A stretch of 64,000 bases of DNA from Gekko japonicus. Its lineage: Eukaryota. The stretch spans positions 475,426-539,425 of the forward strand of contig NW_015177041.1 in the NCBI RefSeq assembly GCF_001447785.1. The letters run 5' to 3'. Both the position numbers and the translations under genes were made by a program. The notes under the pieces were generated by a model. It was not told where the DNA came from. It saw nothing but the letters and a program-made list of their open reading frames with translations, and made no database searches. Numbering within the stretch: the first letter of the stretch is position 1; every line of letters starts with the position of its first letter. Positions 11,477 through 23,585 of this stretch are shown piece after piece.

Positions 11477-12329
11477 CGGCCCCACATGCACAGCCTGGCC
11501 CAACCGAGAGAGAGACAGACAGACACGGATGGACCCTCCAGCCAACCCACCTTTCCGCTGCTCTTGCCGCCACCCCCCTCCTCTTCCTTGCTCAATTATC
11601 AGGCCAGTTTCGGCCCCCCGGGCTGTATGTCTGAACCCCTGCACAGAGGGAAGGAGGGAGGAATTGTGTTTTCCCCCCCCCCTTTTGTTTGAACCCTTGC
11701 TTAATCTGTTGATGTGCTGAGTGTATGCATGTGGACATTTTATTTTCAATAAATGTGTTATAACTTTTAAACTAATAGTGGTTCTCTGTACCACCTTAGA
11801 CCCCCATTGTTCTGGGCCCCCTATTTTAAAAAGGAGCACGGGGGGGGTGGAGTCAGTTGGGGAGCCGTGACACCCTCACTCAGAGGCACACGAGGCTGCA
11901 AGCTGTCCCCGTGGTAGCCAGAGGTTGGATAGCAGGAGACACGGGGGCCTCAAACAGGGCGAGGAGGCCGGGAGCCCTGCTGGCCCTCTCTGTGGGCAGT
12001 TCCTACGGAGGCCAGGTGATGGCAGCAGTTGAGCGCAGAGAGAGAAAAGCTGCTCCAGGTGTTGGGGAAATTAGGTGGGCGGCAGGTGCCAGGTGAAGAC
12101 CTCGGGCAGCCACTGGGACCCAGACCTGGGAGGATCTCCACGTCAGAGCAGAACGGTTCCGCCACAGACCCCATAGATCTTGTGCGTCCCTCCCCTCCGG
12201 GGCTCCTGGACGTATATCAGGCTGTTTGACTGCACACCAACATGTTTGCCCTCTCAAATTAATCAAAAGCCTCTTGCTTCAGAGGTGTATGAGATCCCTC
12301 TTTCTATATTATTTGTTAGAAAAATAAAG

Positions 12330-13140
12330 GACATTGGGCATGACGAATGCCTTCTTTAACTGGCTGCCCTGCTGGATTCTGTACATCTGGTTATGGTGAC
12401 GCATGCTCCTGTAACTGCGCCGCTAGAGTACTGCCACACACTCTGCATGGGACTGCCCTTGAAGCATGACTCGGAAGTTGGTGGAGAATACAGCTGCTCG
12501 TCGGCTTGTCAGCACCCGTTACTGCCCCTGGGAAACAGCAACGTGGGGGTCATTTTTCTTCCGAGTCATGTTTGAGCTGCTGCTATTAATCTCTCAGGCT
12601 CCGTGCAACACGAGAGACTGGCTTTCCCAGGATGAACCTGAGCACCACTGTGACCCTCCCAGGATCTTCTTCAAGTGATGCTCCCTGGTGAGGGGAAGGT
12701 CTGGCCCAGTCTGTCAGAATACCGGTGGAATGAGCTCCCGGAGGAGATCAGGGCCCTGCGGGACCTCTTACAGTTCTGCAGGGCCTGCAAGAAGGAGCTC
12801 TTCCACCAGGCTTTCATTTAGGAGCCGCCACCTCCACTAGTTACCATCACTAGTAACAACTGTAGAGTCTGGTTCCTGGTGAATGATCGACAGCCTGTGC
12901 GCTCCGAGTAAGATCAATGATGGAAATGAACACCATGTGGTAGGCACTCACGCAGCAATGCCATTGTTATGATATTGGAATAACATCGCTAGCACTTTAA
13001 TATTTAATACTGTATTGTTTTAATGGCTTTGGTGATTTGATTTTTTTAATCTGTATTTTATTTTGCGTAAGCCGCCCTGAGCCTGCTCTGGTGAGGTAGG
13101 GCGGGATATAAATTAGAATATAAATAAATAAATAAACAAG
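12330..13140 (+). mobile_element. Degenerate L2-like LINE 3' region
   Basis: RT C-terminal remnants (LEYCHTLCMGLPLK; WNELPEEIR) and a 3' end GTAAGCCGCCCTGAG...(TAAA)n. Confidence 0.6.
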
Positions 13141-13689
13141 AAGGAAGGAGCAGCACCCGGGCCAGTGCAGTTCCTCAGACAGTGCGAGGCTGTCTTCTGT
13201 CGGTGGGCCTTGGGGGGCACTGAGATGGGGGGGAGAGGGTACCGCTGGGGGTGGGGGCGTCATAACATTGTCATAACAGTTGCTCTGCTTTTGATCTGAA
13301 GGGTCTGGGTTCAATTTTGCTGTTTGCTTGACTGGAGTTATGAGTCGCCACAGAAAGGCAGGGCCGAGCGTTTCAGTAAATCGCACATTGGTGCAGATGC
13401 CTTCCTTTGGCTAGGCCTAATGGTATGAAGAGTGGGGGGGCACACTGGCCAGGAACAGCAAGAGAGGAGGGAGATTTCCCCCCCACCCCCAGCCTGGAGG
13501 CCTATAATGAATACAATGAATGAAATTATTGTTAAGGTGAGTTCTGCTTGCTCGAAATACACCGCGTTCCGTTTTTTGATACAAAAATCAGAGAATTTGG
13601 GGGTAATCACTGAAAATCCTCCTCCATAATATTTGTCTTTTGAAATAATTGGGATGCTTTTTTAAGGGCAGGGTTTATTCATACAAAAC

Positions 13690-15483
13690 ATGCTGGCCTG
13701 GATGAATCACAAGCGGGAATTAAGATTGCTGGGGAAAAGATAAACAACCTCAGATATGCAGACGATACCACTCTAATGGCAGAAAGTGAAGAGGACCTAA
13801 AGAGCCTCTTGCTCAGAGTAAAAGAGGAGAGCGCAAAAGTGGGCTTGAAGCTCAACATCAACAAAACTAAGATCATGGCATCCGGCCCCATCACTCCTTG
13901 GCAAATATAAGGGGAAGTCGTGGAAGTAGTGACAGACTTCACGTTCCTGGGATCCCAGATCACCAAAGACTGTGACAGCAGCCATGAAATTAAAAGACTC
14001 CTGCTCCTTGGGAGGAAAGCAATGGCGAACCTCAAAGAAGACGGGGACGGCAAAGGATGAGATGGTTAGACAGTGTCAAAGTAGGGCTGGGCCCTGTTCC
14101 AAGTGGCCCTGCTCGGCATGTTCAGCACAACCGGTCAGAAAGAAGGAAAGTGAAAGGCAAAGGCGAAAAGGAAAGATTTACCCAACTGAATGCAGATTTC
14201 CAGAGAACAGCAAGGAAGGATAAGGAGGCCTTCCTGAATGAACAATGCAAAGTAATAGAAGAAAACAATAGAATGGGAACGACTAGAGATCTCTTCAAGA
14301 AAATTGGAGAAATCAAGGGAACGTTCCATGCAAAGCTGGCCATGATAAAGGACAAAAACGGTAGGGACCTAACAGAAGCAGAAGAGATTAGGAAAAGATG
14401 GCAAGAATACACAGAAGAACTATACAAGAAAGACCTCGATGTCCTTGACAACCACGACGGTATAATCACTGACCTCGAGCCAGACATCCTGGAATGTGAA
14501 GTTAAATGGGCCTTAGAAAGCATTACTAACAACAAAGCTAGTGGAGGTGATGGTATTCCAGCTGAACTATTCAAAGTCTTAGAAGATGATGCTGTTAAAG
14601 TGCTGCACTCCATTTGCCAGCAAATTTGGAAAACGCAACAGTGGCCACAGGATTGGAAAAGATCAGTATACATTCCAATCCCAAAGAAGGGCAATGCCAA
14701 GGAATGTTCAAACTATCGCACAATTGCACTCATATCACACGCTAGCAAGGTCATGCTCAAGATCCTACAAGCTAGGCTTCAACAGTACGTGGATAGAGAA
14801 CTACCAGAAGTACAAGCTGGGTTTCGAAGAGGTAGAGGAACGAGAGATCATATTGCCAACATTCGCTGGATTATGGAAAAAGCAAGAGAGTACCAGAAAA
14901 ATATCTACTTCTGCTTCATTGACTATGCTAAAGCCTTTGACTGTGTGGATCACAACAAACTATGGCAGGTCCTTAAAGAGATGGGAGTACCAGACCACCT
15001 CACATGTCTCTTGAGAAACCTGTATAAGGGTCAAGAAGCAACAGTTAGAACCGGATATGGAACAACTGATTGGTTCAGCATAGGAAAAGGAGTACGACAA
15101 GGATGTATACTGTCACCTTGCTTATTTAATATATATGCAGAGTACATCATGCGAAATGCTGGCCTGGATGAATCACAAGCGGGAATTAAGATTGCTGGGG
15201 AAAAGATCAACAACCTCAGATATGCAGATGATACCACTCTAATGGCTGAAAGTGAAAAGGATCTAAAGAGCCTCTTGCTCAGAGTAAAAGAGGAGAGCGC
15301 AAAAGTGGGCTTGAAGCTCAACATCAAAAAAACTAAGATCATGGCATCCGGCCCCATCACTCCTTGGCAAATAGAAGGGGAAGTCGTGGAAGTAGTGACA
15401 GACTTCACGTTCCTGGGATCCCAGATCACCGCAGACTGTGACTGCAGCCATGAAATTAAAAGACGCCTGCTCCTTGGGAGGAA
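13690..15483 (+). mobile_element. BovB (RTE) LINE composite: fragment 13690-14077 plus RT-coding fragment ~14126-15483
   Basis: FIDYAKAFDCVDHNKLW, GVRQGCILSP and NLRYADDTTLMAESE; open ORF 14057-15544. Confidence 0.95.
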
Positions 15484-16505
15484 CTGTCCGATATTTTTTC
15501 CTTTAAAAAGGGATACAAAACACAATCAGTCTCAAATTCCCTGATCCCTCCCCCTGCAGGAGAAGAATCCAGGAGGGGCCAGCGAGCGCCCCTTTTCTTC
15601 CGAAGATGCTCCCAGCTCCCTCCCTGCCCGTTAAATGCTTTTTGAAGCTGGGATGCCTGAAAGGGTCTTGCATGGAGGGCACTTGGCTGAAGCCTCTCGT
15701 GTCAGTTTGGGGGGACGTGGGACGTGTGGCAGGGGCTCTATTGCTGCTGTGTGAATGTTGGCCTCCTCCTGTCACGTGACTCACTTGCTGGAGCCCACTG
15801 GAGTCTTCAGTTCTGTCGCTCCCTCCCCTCTGTGGGTGAGTCCACTGGGTGAAGAGAGCCGGTGAATGGGCAGTCCTGGCTTACAGCGCGGGGGGGGGGA
15901 GGGGGCTGGGCTCCCATCCAGGCACCCCCCACCCCCCCACACACATTGCAGGAGCCAGGGGTGTCCCGAGAAAAGGCAGTGCCACATCTAAGGCAGGGTA
16001 CAGGATCCTCTGTAGCTGCCTGAAGGAGCAAAGTGGCCCTGCCCACCCCCCCGGCAGTCACCTCCTCTGGATTCTGCCCCGCAAATCCCCCTTGCCTTGG
16101 ACTGTGGTCCCAAGATAACACACGGAGCAGCTGCAGCGGCCTCCTGGCCGGTTCCTAAGCCCAGGGGAGCGTGGGGGATCCAGTCCAGCTCGCCTGCCAG
16201 CCCAGCCCTCTGGGGACTTGCAGGTGGGGAGCGGAGGAGCCACCGGTACCTGCTCAGAGGCCTGTGCCACACATCCCAGGGTGTGCCGCCTGTGAGATGA
16301 GCACGGCCGTTCTGCAGAGGCCATCGTGAGCACCGCCTCCCCTCCTCAGTGGGCACCGTCCTCGGTCTGTTGGGGGCAGGGATGGCTTTGCCACACCCAG
16401 AAGAGCGATGGACCTGGGTGACGTGATGTGCGGGGTGATTCTGCTGACGGCTGGGGAGGCACTTTGGCTGCTGCCGTCACCTGGCCGGCCAGCACAGGGG
16501 AGGGA

Positions 16506-16518
16506 GGGCCAAAGGTCG
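16506..16518 (+). promoter_or_regulatory. DR1/HNF4-like element (candidate APOC3/APOA4 intergenic enhancer)
   Basis: GGGCCA-A-AGGTCG in a GC-rich, repeat-poor island (15.5-16.6 kb). Confidence 0.4.
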
Positions 16519-16642
16519 CGCTGCTCAAAGGCTGCGTTTATCCTTCTCCTGTTGCTGGTGCCACTTGGCCGAGAGCAGAAAAGCAGTCCGAAAGGTGCTA
16601 ATGTCAGCGTTCAGAACTGACTGATGGCAAAGGACAATTATG

Positions 16643-16921
16643 AGCCAGTTGGGAGTGGTGGTTAAGCGCACGGACTCTAATCTGGGAGAACCGGGTTTGA
16701 TTCGCCCACTCCTCCACTCGCAGCTGCTGGATGACCTTGGGCAAGCCATAGTTCTGACAAGAGCTGTCCTTGGAAAAGAGCAGTTTCTGTCAGAGCTCTC
16801 TCAGCCCCGCCTTACCTCACAGGGTGTCTGTTGTGGGGAGGGGAAGGGAAAGGAGTTTGTAAGCCGCTCTGCGACACCTTTGGGTAGTGAAGGGCGGGGT
16901 ACAATTCCAATCTCTTCTTCT
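16643..16921 (+). mobile_element. Squam3-like SINE
   Basis: Family match. Confidence 0.8.
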
Positions 16922-17285
16922 ATGTCTCAAATCTCCCTGCTTGTTACAATGCGCAAGTACGTTCGAGTTGAGGGACTTTGCAGAACACAAATCCCACAAT
17001 CAACGTGAGTTGATCGGTGCATATGGCACATGGGGGAAAAGACATGGCTGTGGTATCTGCTTATGTCAAGTCGTGTTTGCAGAGTTGTGGGGAGTGGACA
17101 TTTCACCACGATGTGGACTCCCTGAGAACAAGCAGCCCCCTCCGCCTCCTTCCCCAGAGGGTGGGATGCCAGGCGGATCACGTGTGGGGAGGAGGCCATC
17201 AAGGACAGCTGCTGGTTTCAGACCCGGCCAGGCCTCCCCCGAAAGCTCCCCCCATTAACATCCCGTACCTTCCAGGGAACTTTCT

Positions 17286-17911
17286 GGTCACCACGCCTTA
17301 AAAAGGATATTATAGCTTTGGAAAAAGTGCAGAAAAGGGCAACTCGAATGATAAAAGGGTTGGAACACTTTCCCTATGAGGAAAGGTTAAAGCGCTTAGG
17401 GCTCTTTAGCTTGGAGAAACGACGACTGAGGGGTGACATGATCGAGGTTTATAAGACTATGCATGGGAAAGAGCAGGTAGAGAAAGAGGTACTTTTCTCC
17501 CTTTCTCACAATAAAAGAAGTCGTGGGCACTCCATGAAATTGCTGAGCGGTCGGGTTAGAACGGATAAAAGGAAGTACTTCTTCACCCAAAGAGTGATTA
17601 ACACTTGGAATTCACTGCCACAGGAAGTGGTGGCGGCTACAAGCATGGACGGCTTCAAAAGGGAATTAGATAAGCATATGGAGCCATCAGTGGCTATTAG
17701 CCACGAGGTATAGATAGGGGCTCTGGGGCAAGTGATGCTCTGTCATCTTGGTGTTTGGGGGGGGGGGCAACAGTGGGAGGGCTTCTAATGTCCTGGCCCC
17801 ACTGGTGGACCTCCTGATGGCACTGGTATTTCTGGCCACTGTGTGACACAGAGTGTTGGACTGGATGGGCCTTTGGCCTGATCCAACATTGGCTTCTCTT
17901 ATGTTCTTATG
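17286..17911 (+). mobile_element. CR1 LINE 3' end
   Basis: EKVQKRATRMIKGLE...[18 protein letters not shown], then the 3'UTR and a (TTCTTATG)n tail. Confidence 0.9.
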
Positions 17912-18299
17912 AGCGACAGGACGTGATTAGTCCTGCCAAGGAAGGTGTCGGGGCTCAACGCAGCCAGAGAGGGCACGCTCCACCTCCCAACCTCCTGCAC
18001 GTTCCACTGTCAGCCCCACAGTTGTGTGTGTGAAAAACCCTTCTGGAAGAACAGCCGAAGTAACACAAGACGGTGTGCAACCTACTTTGGAGTTCTTGTC
18101 AGGGTGGATGTGGGAACACACTGCCTGGTGGTGGTGGTGGGGACCATCTTGGACTCTGTTCTGAAGGGCTCTCCCCTGCCTCCCTTCGCCCGTCCCACCC
18201 CCACCAGCCCCTAAAAGTGGTGTTTGACAGGTGGTGGGAGCCCCCCCCAGCCGTTGTTCCCCTCCTCCTCCAGCAGATAAGTCCTCACCCTGGTCAGCA

Positions 18300-18453
18300 T
18301 CCTGGCCCTCCACGTCCGTCTGCAGCTGCTAAAGTCCAAGTGCTCAGGATGTGTCACCGCCTGTCTGCGTGGAAGCGGGAGGAGAGTCCATCGCGGTCCT
18401 ATAAATACCGAGGGGCTGAGCGGAGGAGCAGCACCAGAGCACCAGAGGCCCAG
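18300..18453 (+). promoter_or_regulatory. APOA4 proximal promoter and non-coding exon 1
   Basis: HNF4-type AAAGTCCAAG at 18331-18340, ATGTGTCACC, CCACGT at 18310-18315, TATAAATA at 18400-18407, and donor CAG|GTGAG at 18453/18454. Confidence 0.75.
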
Positions 18454-18647
18454 GTGAGCTGTCTGCTGCAAGGGGGTGGGGCCGGGCCGGGCCGGGCCAC
18501 AGAGTCCAGGAGTCGCTGCACGCCTTGGGTGGTGGAGGCATGCTAGGCAGCAGGGCAGGTGGGAGATGCGGAAGCCCCTTTAGTCTTGCATTGCTTGAAG
18601 TGATGCAAAGGAGGGCCTCCGTGGCCAAGTATCGGGTGGGTCCCCCA

Positions 18648-18857
18648 CCCCACCCAGGTCCCAGCACCGTCCGCCATCCCATCTGCCGTGGGTGACAGGG
18701 AGGGCCTCTGCCAGTCAGAGGACAAGGCGGGCCTCGCACACCCAGGTCTGGGCCCCACCCAGGTCCCAGCACCGTCTGCCTTCCCATCTGCCGTGGGTGA
18801 CGGGGAGGGCCTCTGCCAGTCAGGGGAACAAGGCGGGCCTCGCACACCCAGGTCTGG
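18648..18857. repeat. Tandem duplication, 2 x ~105 bp, in APOA4 intron 1
   Basis: Units start at 18648 and 18753 and differ by only a few bases. Confidence 0.9.
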
Positions 18858-19011
18858 CTCAGTTGAGAGAAGGCAACTTCCTGTGTCCAGTGGGGGTGGG
18901 GCAGGCCAAAGGGGGGGCTGGAGCAGAGCCGGCCCCATCCGTCGATCTCACTGGGGGTCCTTCTTCTCTTCCACAGCACTTTCCCAGTCCGGAAGCAATC
19001 CCCACAACAGG

Positions 19012-22000
19012 ATGGAACTGAAGGCAGCTGCCTTGATCGTCAGCCTCTTGGCCATTGCAGGTGAGTTCCTTTGGGGATCCAAGCACAGAGCTCGGGGGTT
19101 CAGTCCTCCTCTTCTGCTCCCTGACTCAGAGCAGGGGATAGAACTAGGGGGATACTTCTAAATGCATGCATAACTGAACGCGTGTCCTTGAAGGTCTGGC
19201 AGTGGACCAAAGCATTTATTCCCCAATACTGTCAAGTGCCGAGGTGCCGTTTCCGGCTTCATTTGCCGGCAGAGAGCAGAATGAGAGTGAAGAAGCTTCT
19301 GCCGAATTGCCACGTAGCTCTGATCAAGTGATTTATGAAGGTCTAAGTTGTGAGAGCCGGGGTCCGAACTCTCTCCCAGGTCCCGTTTAGCAAAGCTCTC
19401 GTGAGCAGCAAGTGGGCTAAAGTTGTCTTGAGAAACTCACCCACGAGGTTAGCTATTAGCGGGGCTTTTTTTTCTGGGGGAATGCGCCAGAACGGAGTTC
19501 CAGAAACTCTCTGACAAATTCTTTTAACAATGTTTATGAGTTCATGAGTTGTCAGTGTACAGCCTGAATACTTCATTTCCCTCTTGAGAATTCCGGCCCC
19601 TCTTTTTTATATATATAAAAAGAGCCCTGGCTCTTAGGAGCAGGTTTTGCTTGACTCAGCTGACCCAACCGTTGGACCGGGCATTGTTTAAGAAGCCTCA
19701 AAGAGGTGGCCAGAAGGTGGGCTTCAGCTGGGGAGGTGGGAGGGAGATGAGGCCAGGTGTGTGTGTGTCTCCTGCCTACCCCGGCGCCCGGGCGCTGCTG
19801 GGCCCAGCCTGTCCTTTGTGACCCCCGGTGGCCCATCTTCTGGGAGGCCTCGGGTGCACGTCGCCCTGCCGGCCTGGCTGAGGGGGTGCCGCGGTCATCG
19901 GGAGGGGGGGCTGTGGAGATCAGACCACAAAGAGACTCACGGGAGACGTCTCTCAGGAGAGGCAGCGCAGTCACCCGTCCGGGAGCGGAGTTCTTCTGCT
20001 GGGGTGGGGGGTTTGGGCTGCACACTGGACTCCCTTCCCTCGTCGTCCCTCCAGGGGCCCAGGCGGATGTCAGTGCCGACCAGGTGGCGGATGTGGTGTG
20101 GAACTACTTCACTCAACTGGGCAGCAACGCCCAGGAGAAGGTGGATCAGCTCCAGCAGTCGGAGATCAGCCAACAGCTCCAGTGAGTACCTGCTCTTGGG
20201 GCCCGCACAGCGGGGGGGGGGGTTCCGACTCCTGTCTGGCTACAAAGAGGGGCAGGGGACACTGCACTGCTCAGAGCCCCCCCCCCCCCCCCCCCCCCCC
20301 CANNNNNNNNNNNNNNNNNNNNNNNNNNNNNNNNNNNNNNNNNNNNNNNNNNNNNNNNNNNNNNNNNNNNNNNNNNNNNNNNNNNNNNNNNNNNNNNNNN
20401 NNNNNNNNNNNNNNNNNNNNNNNNNNNNNNNNNNNNNNNNNNNNNNNNNNNNNNNNNNNNNNNNNNNNNNNNNNNNNNNNNNNNNNNNNNNNNNNNNNNN
20501 NNNNNNNNNNNNNNNNNNNNNNNNNNNNNNNNNNNNNNNNNNNNNNNNNNNNNNNNNNNNNNNNNNNNNNNNNNNNNNNNNNNNNNNNNNNNNNNTCACC
20601 CATGCCCCCCCCCCCCCCGGAGGTTGCAACCTCCCACTTACCGATAACCGGCCATACTTAGTTACCTCAATGGGCCGGATTCTCCCTACGGCAAGCATGA
20701 CTATTGATTTTATATGTTTTAATGTGTTTTAAATTTTATTGTATTTATCAAAATGTTGTGACCCGCCCTGAGCCCATTTACGGGGTGGGCAGGATATAAA
20801 TGCAATAAATAAATAAATGATTCAAGGTGGGAGAAGTTGTTATGGGCCTGAGTCCTCTTCCTTAGGTGCCCAAAGGGTCACACGTAGCTTGCCACTGGAG
20901 TATGTATGCACATGTTTGCATAAGGGCATGAGGAGAAGGTGTGTGTGTGTGCATGAACCTGTGTCGAGGGTTAGTTGTTTCCTGTCATGAAATCTCCTCT
21001 CCTGGTCCCTCTGGAGCTCAAGTGGTGCTGCTGAGAAAGCTGGGAGCTGCAGCTCATGTGCACCTTTCTTGGTTGATTCAAATGTGTATACCCCGTCTTT
21101 CCCTGTGTCTCCTACAAAATACCTCCCCCCCCCCAAAGATGTGTGTGGCCTAAACCCCATTTGCAGCCACAGCCAACAGACGGGCCTTGTAGCACCTCCT
21201 AGAGCTTTCGAGTGGTGGCCCCACAGGATCCGGTGGCTTCATCCCGGCTTCTTTCGGGAGGCCTGCTGCCCATGGCATTGAGCCTCCCCTCCAAGCTCCA
21301 GTCAAAGTTCAGAAATGGCCCCCCGGACACTCCTGACCACCGCCCCCCCAAAAAAAACACAGGGGAGGAAAGAGATGCACTTTATTGGGGTTTGGCTCAG
21401 GCTGAAAGTCCACTGCCGTGATATGGGCTACGTCTGCTGTGAAGGAATGGACTTGCAAAGCCCCCCCCCCCCCTTTCTTTGGGTTGGGACCCAGGAGGAA
21501 GTCAGAAGAACCCCACAGCTGTCCCAGGTCCCTGTTTGGCACTGCCGCCATCCCTTACTCCACGGAGGTGCCAAGAACCAACTGGGTAACCCCCACAGCC
21601 ACCAGTGACCCTGGGAGTATCTCCTGCTCCTCGGAACGGTACCTCTTGCACTTTGTACCTGTGTTGCTGCTACGAGTCCCCACTCAGCTGTTGCACCTCC
21701 TGCTTTGTGGCTACAAGCCCACACTGGGGCAGTCTATTGCAACGCAGTCCTCCCAGTGTTGAGATATTGCGCTCCAGGGACGGGGAGCTTAACCCCTGCC
21801 CCTCCCCGTGAATCCCACTTCAGACAGCAAGACTGAATAAGTGTGGTGTGCTGACAGAGATCAGATTTAGAGCATTCAAAATACAATAATAAATGAATGA
21901 AAAGAATATCGTGCAGGCTAAACAAGGGTAGAGCGGATGGGGGTGGCTCCCGCCCCTCCTCCAGCACAGCAGTCTTTCCCATTGGGACCCATCCAAGCCA

Positions 22001-23585
22001 CTTCCACGACTAGTAGTCCCGAGTCTCTGGGTGTTGGGAGAGAAGGAACGACCCACCTTCCGCCAGCGGGTGAAGACTTTTTGCCTTTAGTCTGGCGTTC
22101 CCTCAATGAGCCCTCCTTCCCGCCTTATGTTGTAATTGCCGTCTCCGTGTCTGTATCTTAGTGTTGGCTTTATGGTGTGTTTGGTATATTTATAATGATA
22201 ATTATTTGTTTTGGCAGCCACCTTTGGGTGGCCCTGATGGGGCAGAATGGTGGGATGCAACTGTTTTTTTAAATATATAAAGTTTTATTAGTTTATATAT
22301 AGAAAGGGGGGAAGGGAAAAGAAGGGAAAAGAATTTTTGTTGTTCAGAATACAGAGTTATATATAAAAGCCAATTTGACATTCTGCATGTGAATCTTCTC
22401 ATAAAAGTTTCACAACTATTATATCCATCTTTCTTAATGTTCTTCATTTAGTCTTAGTTTCTCAGTACTTATGCTTTAACCAGTCATAGAACACCCTCCA
22501 TGGTCCCGTAAATTCTTCTTCCATTTTTCCTTTTAGTATATTTGTCAATCTGTCCATTTCAGCACATTCCATAACCTTCGTTATCAATGCATCGAGCTTG
22601 CTGCAACCGTTGTTGCCCAAATCCCTGACTTCTCCCTGCTCCCCCTTTTGATTGCAGGACCCTCTTCCAGGACAACGTCCAGACAGTCAGCATGTACACC
22701 GGGGACCTGAAGAAGCAGCTGATTCCCTTCGCCACAGAGCTGCACGCGCGGCTGACGGAGGAATCCCGGAAGCTGAAGGAGCAGATCCAACAGGAGATGG
22801 AGCAGCTCCAAGCCCGGATGTCCCCCTTTGCCGATGACGTCCACCAGCAGATCAGCAAGAACATCCAGGAGCTGCAGACCAAGCTGGCCCCTTATGCGGA
22901 GGAGCTGGGTGTGCAGGTGGAGAAGAGCACCGCAGACCTGCGCCAGCAGATGGTCCTCCTGAGGCAGAATGTGCAGGCCAAGCTCGAAGAGAACATTGGC
23001 AGCCTCCAGAGCTCCCTCACCCCGTACGCCGACGAGCTGCAGCAGCAGATCAACCAGAAGGTGGAGGACACCAAGAGGCAACTGGCCCCCTATGCCGACG
23101 AGATCAAGGCCAAGGTGGACGAGAGTGTGGAAGAGCTGCGCAAGAGCTTGAGCCCCTACGCCCAGGAGATGCAAGAGCAGCTGACCCGCCAGCTGGAGGG
23201 GCTCTCCTTCCAGATGAAGAAGAGTGTCGAGGACCTGCGCTCCCAGCTCTCGGAACAAACTGAGCAGCTGCGCCTGAAGCTCAGCCCGTATGCCCAGGAG
23301 CTGCAGCAGAAGCTGGAGGAGGGCGGGGCGGACCTGCGGGAGTCCCTGGCCCTCTACGCCCAAGGCCTGGACGGCAAGGTCGGCCAGCAGGTGGAAGAGT
23401 TCCGCCAGGCCGTGATGCTCCAAGGGCAGAACTTGAACAGGCAGCTGGTGCAGAAAATGGAGGAGATGCGGCAGAAGCTGGAGCCGCACACTGACACTGT
23501 GGGAGACCACCTCGTCTTCCTGGAGAAGGATGTGAGGGACAGGTTCAGCTCCTTCTTCGACAGCCTGAGGCAGCTCGGAAACTAA
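19012..23585 (+). CDS. APOA4: Apolipoprotein A-IV (coding exons 19012-19060, 20055-20181, 22658-23585; 367 aa; non-coding exon 1 ends at 18453)
   Basis: [39 protein letters not shown] and TLFQDN...[20 protein letters not shown], with many PYA 22-mer repeats. Coding exon sizes of 49 and 127 nt match APOA4. AATAAA at 23836-23841. Confidence 0.97.
20303..20595. other. Assembly gap (APOA4 intron 3)
   Basis: N run. Confidence 1.

Noticed and set aside
14057-15544. Reverse-transcriptase ORF as a retron, DGR or host gene
   Set aside because: Ordinary truncated BovB LINE in a vertebrate context.
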